Below are positions 59,726 through 64,000 of a DNA stretch of 64,000 bases, piece by piece. Where the stretch lies: the NCBI GenBank assembly GCA_964230645.1, contig CAXRHT010000001.1:96001-160000 (forward strand), given 5' to 3'. Below the pieces are notes generated by a model that saw only the letters and a list, made by a program, of their open reading frames with translations, was not told where the DNA came from and did not search any database. This DNA comes from Bdellovibrionales bacterium. GTDB lineage: Bacteria; Bdellovibrionota; Bdellovibrionia; Bdellovibrionales; JAGQZY01. The position numbers and the translations under genes were made by a program. Position 1 is the first letter of the stretch. The number at the start of each line of letters is the position of its first letter.

Positions 59726-61011
59726 TTTAACGCTCCTTGAATGATTGCATCCACTTGCGAGAGATGTCTTTGACCCGAGAAAATCTCTTCGATGACGGAG
59801 TCATCAAAATAGTCTTTGGTTTCCTCTTTTTTCATCAACTGATCTTTTAAATGCTCACCAGGTTTAAGTTGGTGGGAAACACTTTGCACTTTTTTATAGG
59901 CCTCTTCTCTAGAAAGCCCCTGGTCGACCATATGTAAAAGTAAATGGGAGCTAAACAACTGCCCTTGGGAGAGATCCATATTCTGTTTCATACGCTCAGC
60001 GTCCACCTCTAAGTTTTCAATCACTCCGGCCATTCTATCAAGAGCGTAGTGACTAAGTATAAAGGCATCGGGAAAAATCACTCTTTCTACTGAAGAATGA
60101 GAGATGTCTCGTTCGTGCCAAAGAGCGATATTTTCTAAAGCGGCCAAGGCATTGGAGCGAAGCAGCCTCGCGCACCCAGTGATATTCTCAGAGCTGATCG
60201 GATTTTTTTTGTGAGGCATGGCACTGGAGCCTTTTTGTCCCCTTGTGAAGCCTTCAAAGGCCTCGGCCACCTCATTGCGCTGTAAGTGGCGGAGTTCAAC
60301 GCTCAGTCTTTCAAGCCCTCCAGCCATTAGAGCGATACTTGTAAACACTTCACCGTGGCGATCTCTGGGGATCACTTGAGTGGCGACCGTTTCAGGTTTC
60401 AACCCTAGAGTTTCACAGACCTTAGCTTCGACATCGGGCTTTAAAAACGAATAGGTTCCCACTGCCCCACTGATTTTTCCAATGGCCATTTGATCAAGAG
60501 CGGTTTCAAGACGCGTTTTATGGCGCTTAAATTCCGCATAAAAGCCCGCTAACTTCAAACCAAAAGTGGTTGGCTCAGCGTGCATTCCATGGGTGCGTCC
60601 GCTACAAAGAGTTTGAGCTTGCTTCTGGCTTTGGTCTTTAAGCGCTGAGAGAAGTTTTTCCAGAGCTTCATATAGGACGGGTGCTGCTCTTTTAACCTGG
60701 ACACTTAAGGCCGTATCCAAAGCATCGGAGCTTGTCATTCCATAGTGAAGAAATCGGCCTTCCTCCCCCACATTTTCTGCCATATTGGAAACAAAGGCGA
60801 TGATATCGTGCTTGGTTTCCTTTTCGATTTCTAGAATGCGGTCCAACTGGAAGGAGGCTTTTTCCTCGATCACTGGGTAGGCTTCTTTAGGGATTATTCC
60901 AAGGTCTGCCTGGGCTTTTGCCACAGCCAGTTCCACTTCCATCAAACAAGAAAATCGGGCTTCTTGGGTCCAATGCTGACCCATGGCCTCTCTTGTATAA
61001 CGCTCAATCAC
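59722..61011 (-). CDS. purB: adenylosuccinate lyase
   Basis: MIERY, HYGMTSSD, GRTHGMHAEP, GSSAMPHKKNP, WHERDISHSS. Confidence 0.96.
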   Translation of the reverse strand: MIERYTREAMGQHWTQEARFSCLMEVELAVAKAQADLGIIPKEAYPVIEEKASFQLDRILEIEKETKHDIIAFVSNMAENVGEEGRFLHYGMTSSDALDTALSVQVKRAAPVLYEALEKLLSALKDQSQKQAQTLCSGRTHGMHAEPTTFGLKLAGFYAEFKRHKTRLETALDQMAIGKISGAVGTYSFLKPDVEAKVCETLGLKPETVATQVIPRDRHGEVFTSIALMAGGLERLSVELRHLQRNEVAEAFEGFTRGQKGSSAMPHKKNPISSENITGCARLLRSNALAALENIALWHERDISHSSVERVIFPDAFILSHYALDRMAGVIENLEVDAERMKQNMDLSQGQLFSSHLLLHMVDQGLSREEAYKKVQSVSHQLKPGEHLKDQLMKKEETKDYFDDSVIEEIFSGQRHLSQVDAIIQGALK

Positions 61012-61114
61012 AAGAAACTCCTTTTTGAGCTAAAATGGCCTTTTATAGACGAGTCTTTAATATTGGTGTCATAACAAATTCAATATGAAAAAGGAAACTG
61101 TTTTCGCGAATTTA

Positions 61115-61681
61115 TCAGGAGTGGTTGAGCCTGTTTGGAAGATATTTTTCAATCCAAAGAGAGACCATTTGATGCTCTTTTTGCTGGATAAGCTCTCGAA
61201 CCTCATCCACACTTTTTTCACTATAGGAGTCTTTTTCAAGAACCTTATCCTGGAGGACCACTTGGCCCGAGTCCACCTCGGCAACCAGAGTGTGAATACT
61301 GACACCAATGTCGTCGTTTTCCTCATAGGCTCTCTCGATAGCCTTGAGTCCTTTGTATTTAGGAAGCAGAGAGGGATGAAGGTTGTAGATGGGGTTTTCC
61401 CACTGATTTAAAAAAGAGGCCGGAATTATTTTCATAAATCCCGCACAGAAAATGAAATCGATTTCTTTAGAAATCAAAGCCTCTGTTAAGCCCTGCCAGT
61501 CGATGGGTGAGCCTAGAACGAGGGTATCTACGTTGTGATCCTTTGCTCTTTTTAGTCCAAAAGCTTTTTGGCTGGAACTGACTACCAGAAGACTTTTAAA
61601 TTGGTCTTTTTGATCAAGGAAAACCTGCAGGTTTGAGCCCCAACCGGAGATAAAAATAGCGCCTCTTTTTAGCTCTGCCAT
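61115..61681 (-). CDS. purN: phosphoribosylglycinamide formyltransferase
   Basis: ISGWGSNLQ, AGFMKI, NLHPSLLPKYKG, EVDSG. Confidence 0.92.
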   Translation of the reverse strand: MAELKRGAIFISGWGSNLQVFLDQKDQFKSLLVVSSSQKAFGLKRAKDHNVDTLVLGSPIDWQGLTEALISKEIDFIFCAGFMKIIPASFLNQWENPIYNLHPSLLPKYKGLKAIERAYEENDDIGVSIHTLVAEVDSGQVVLQDKVLEKDSYSEKSVDEVRELIQQKEHQMVSLWIEKYLPNRLNHS

Positions 61682-62676
61682 GAACCCGGTAGGTGAAGCG
61701 CCTTTTCGGACTCGATAATTTCTCCAAGATCCATGGCCTCAAAACCAAGCTGGGTGATCTCTTTGCTGACGACCTCGGTTTCATTGGGATCCACCACAAG
61801 AACAAGGCCCACACCACAGTTAAAAGTTTTGACCATCTCGCCGTTTGAGATTTTGCCTCGTTTCTGAGCCTCTTCAAAAATGAGGGGGAAATTCCAAGCT
61901 TTAATCTCAGCCCCGACGCCCTCAGGGAGAATTCTTGCGACATTATGAATGCCTCCACCCGTTATGTGGGCCAGAGCTTTTAATGGTGTATTTTCAAGTT
62001 TTACTAAATTCATTACTAGCTCCACATAAAGAGCCGTGGGTGTGAGAAGTTTTTCTCCAAACTTTTTAATATCCTCTGAGCTTTCAAATAGGCGCCGAAC
62101 GAGTGAATACCCATTGCTGTGAAAACCAGAGCTGCTCACTCCAATTAATTTTTGACCCGGCTTTATAAGATCTTTCCCAAGAATTTTCCTGCGATCGACC
62201 ACTCCTACGGCAAAACCCGCACAGTCAAAGTCCCCTGGCTGGTAGAGTCCTGGCATCTCTGCTGTCTCCCCGCCCATCAACGCCATTTGCGCTTGAAAGC
62301 AAGCTTTCCTAAGGCCACTCAAAAAGCCTTGGGCTTGTTTTAAATCCAGTTTTGAGGTGGCAAAGTAGTCCAAGAAAAAGAGAGGCTGAGCCCCAGTGCA
62401 AATCAGATCATTGGCACACATGGCAACCAAATCCTGCCCAAGAGTGTCGTATTTTTCCATTTGAATGGCTAATTTGAGCTTAGTACCAATGCCATCAGTA
62501 GCGCTCACTAAACAAGGATCTTTGATCTCTGGAAAGTTGAAATTAAAAATGGAGGCGAAACCTCCAATCCCATCCATGATTTTATCTTCATGGAAATTCT
62601 TATCTTTTGATTCTTTGAGCCAATCGACAAAGTCATCACCTTTTTCGATATCAACGCCCGCCTCTTTATAATCCAT
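61669..62676 (-). CDS. purM: phosphoribosylformylglycinamidine cyclo-ligase
   Basis: YKEAGVDI, DGIGTK, FFLDY, GGETAEMPG, SSGFHSNGYSL, AHITGGG, TFNCG. Confidence 0.96.
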   Translation of the reverse strand: MDYKEAGVDIEKGDDFVDWLKESKDKNFHEDKIMDGIGGFASIFNFNFPEIKDPCLVSATDGIGTKLKLAIQMEKYDTLGQDLVAMCANDLICTGAQPLFFLDYFATSKLDLKQAQGFLSGLRKACFQAQMALMGGETAEMPGLYQPGDFDCAGFAVGVVDRRKILGKDLIKPGQKLIGVSSSGFHSNGYSLVRRLFESSEDIKKFGEKLLTPTALYVELVMNLVKLENTPLKALAHITGGGIHNVARILPEGVGAEIKAWNFPLIFEEAQKRGKISNGEMVKTFNCGVGLVLVVDPNETEVVSKEITQLGFEAMDLGEIIESEKALHLPGSWQS

Positions 62677-62930
62677 GGGCCCAAGCCTATAGCCCCGCTG
62701 CTCGTCTGTCCACCACTAACAAAAAGTGCCAGCAAATTCTCCCATCCTCACTGAGAAGTCTAAAAATCAACCCCACCCCAATAAAACAACCCTCTATAGC
62801 GGACGATACTCAATCCTTCACAGGCTGCTCTTTTGTCCAGAGTTGTGTCCCAATTTGAAGCGTTTGGGAGGTCTAGGCTGTCTCCTTTTGAAAAAGATTG
62901 CTAAAATGAGACCTTACGGGGGATTTTCAA

Positions 62931-63650
62931 TTGCGTGCACTGATATTAGCTGTGATTTTTATATTCTGTAACCAGGCAATCGCTCAATATGAAGGCGATG
63001 ACGTCTATGATCCCTTTGCCGATTATTCCGAATTCGAGGAAAACTCCCAAGAAGAAGCCGATATCAACTTTTTTCGCAACGGCCGGTTTTTTAACGTCGC
63101 ACTCCTTTTAGGGGGCCGCATGTTTACAGGGGGCATGGCCACCAATATGGAAGCGGCTCCTTCTCCAGGTGTAGCCTTCACTTATTGGTTCAATCTTCGC
63201 TTAGCCCTGCAGTTTTCTTATATATATTCCCAGCATATTGTAGGACCGGTTATTCTTCAGCCAGGTGCTACAGACTCTGATATCGCAGCCGGAAATATGT
63301 CTCTAACTTCGTTGGCTTTTGATTTAAAATACTATTTAAACACCAATAACGTCACAAGAGGGCTTGCCAACCTCAACCCCTTCTTTCTTTTTGGTTTCTC
63401 CCAAAATTCAAGAGCCTTTTCCTTTGTGGACAGCTTTCAAGTGGGAAAAGACGAAGGGGCCGGTCTTGATCTTGGAATGGGTATTGAAATCCCTATTGCC
63501 AGAAATGAAATGTTCGTGGGCTTACAGTTCGTCTACACATACGTCAACTTCGCCTCAGAAAACAATCCCATCCCCGATTCCAACCCGCCCCAATATTTCG
63601 ACGGCGATATGATGAATCTGCACTTCATCTTCGGCTTCAACTTCCTCTAA
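62931..63650 (+). CDS. outer-membrane beta-barrel domain protein
   Basis: Signal peptide, acidic N-terminus, alternating amphipathic strands, aromatic C-terminus (FGFNFL). Confidence 0.75.
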   Translation: MRALILAVIFIFCNQAIAQYEGDDVYDPFADYSEFEENSQEEADINFFRNGRFFNVALLLGGRMFTGGMATNMEAAPSPGVAFTYWFNLRLALQFSYIYSQHIVGPVILQPGATDSDIAAGNMSLTSLAFDLKYYLNTNNVTRGLANLNPFFLFGFSQNSRAFSFVDSFQVGKDEGAGLDLGMGIEIPIARNEMFVGLQFVYTYVNFASENNPIPDSNPPQYFDGDMMNLHFIFGFNFL

Positions 63651-63652
63651 AT

Positions 63653-63665
63653 GGTGCCTGGCACC
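63653..63665. repeat. short palindrome between convergent genes
   Basis: ggtgcc-t-ggcacc fills most of the 16-nt gap between two stop codons. Confidence 0.5.
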
Positions 63666-63666
63666 T

Positions 63667-64000
63667 TTAAAGGTAGGCTAGTAGGAAGGCGCCTAGAAAT
63701 AGAGGGGGAATTAAGTAAAGAGTGGTCCAATTCCAGAATTTGAAAAAGTAACGAGAGTGAAAGAAAATTTGTTGGTGTGCGAACACTTGGCTTCTTTCGT
63801 TCTTGTCGGTGTATCGAAAAACAAACCATATTGTTAGAATGGCAAGAAGAGGTAGCCCCAAATCAATTAAAATATAATCAAGTCTTAATAGTAGACTCTG
63901 GCCTGACCAGCCTTGCAGGTTCTGCTGCAGGTAAAACACCATGGCTCCATTAGCTACAACGAAAATTAGGTTAAAAAGCTTTAAGAAGAGGGGCTTTTTT
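63667..64000 (-). CDS. membrane protein C-terminus, possibly sodium:neurotransmitter symporter-like (runs off window end)
   Basis: Frame open to the window edge; LDYILIDLGLPL resembles NSS-family late TM segments. Confidence 0.55.
   Translation of the reverse strand, partial: KKPLFLKLFNLIFVVANGAMVFYLQQNLQGWSGQSLLLRLDYILIDLGLPLLAILTIWFVFRYTDKNERSQVFAHQQIFFHSRYFFKFWNWTTLYLIPPLFLGAFLLAYL

Noticed and set aside
1..64000. rRNA, tRNA, prophage, transposase, integrase or defence genes
   Set aside because: None recognised by eye; tRNAscan, Infernal and HMM searches were not run.

Overview
A 64-kb chromosomal window, most likely from a Bdellovibrionales (predatory Bdellovibrionota) bacterium. This is inferred from gene content: an FQNC-type lipobox, a TIGR04552-like gene beside fadJI-maeB-hflX, and many secreted ORFans. 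Housekeeping blocks are hbd-crt-icmF, fadI-fadJ, maeB-hflX, mutS-glnD, a peptidoglycan-recycling operon (ldcA, serine hydrolase, mpl) and purMN-purBCSQLF. Accessory blocks include a lytic transglycosylase-SH3 enzyme with a partner gene, an RCC1-like lipoprotein with a Ca-type loop in each of 10 repeats, a LytS/LytTR pair facing three tandem membrane-anchored AraC regulators, and a sialidase lipoprotein. The most unusual signals are non-coding. (1) A family of 26-29 bp TGTC-tagged palindromic arms at 6 sites, four of which carry locus-specific 24-26 bp tandem arrays grown from the tag end. (2) A 1.3-kb cassette with one secreted ORFan, bounded by one left and one right arm and flanked by a 73-bp direct repeat of the neighbouring gene start. 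(3) Two 174-184 bp rod-like palindromes. hflX appears to need an ATT start codon. No rRNA, tRNA, CRISPR array, transposase or integrase was recognised.
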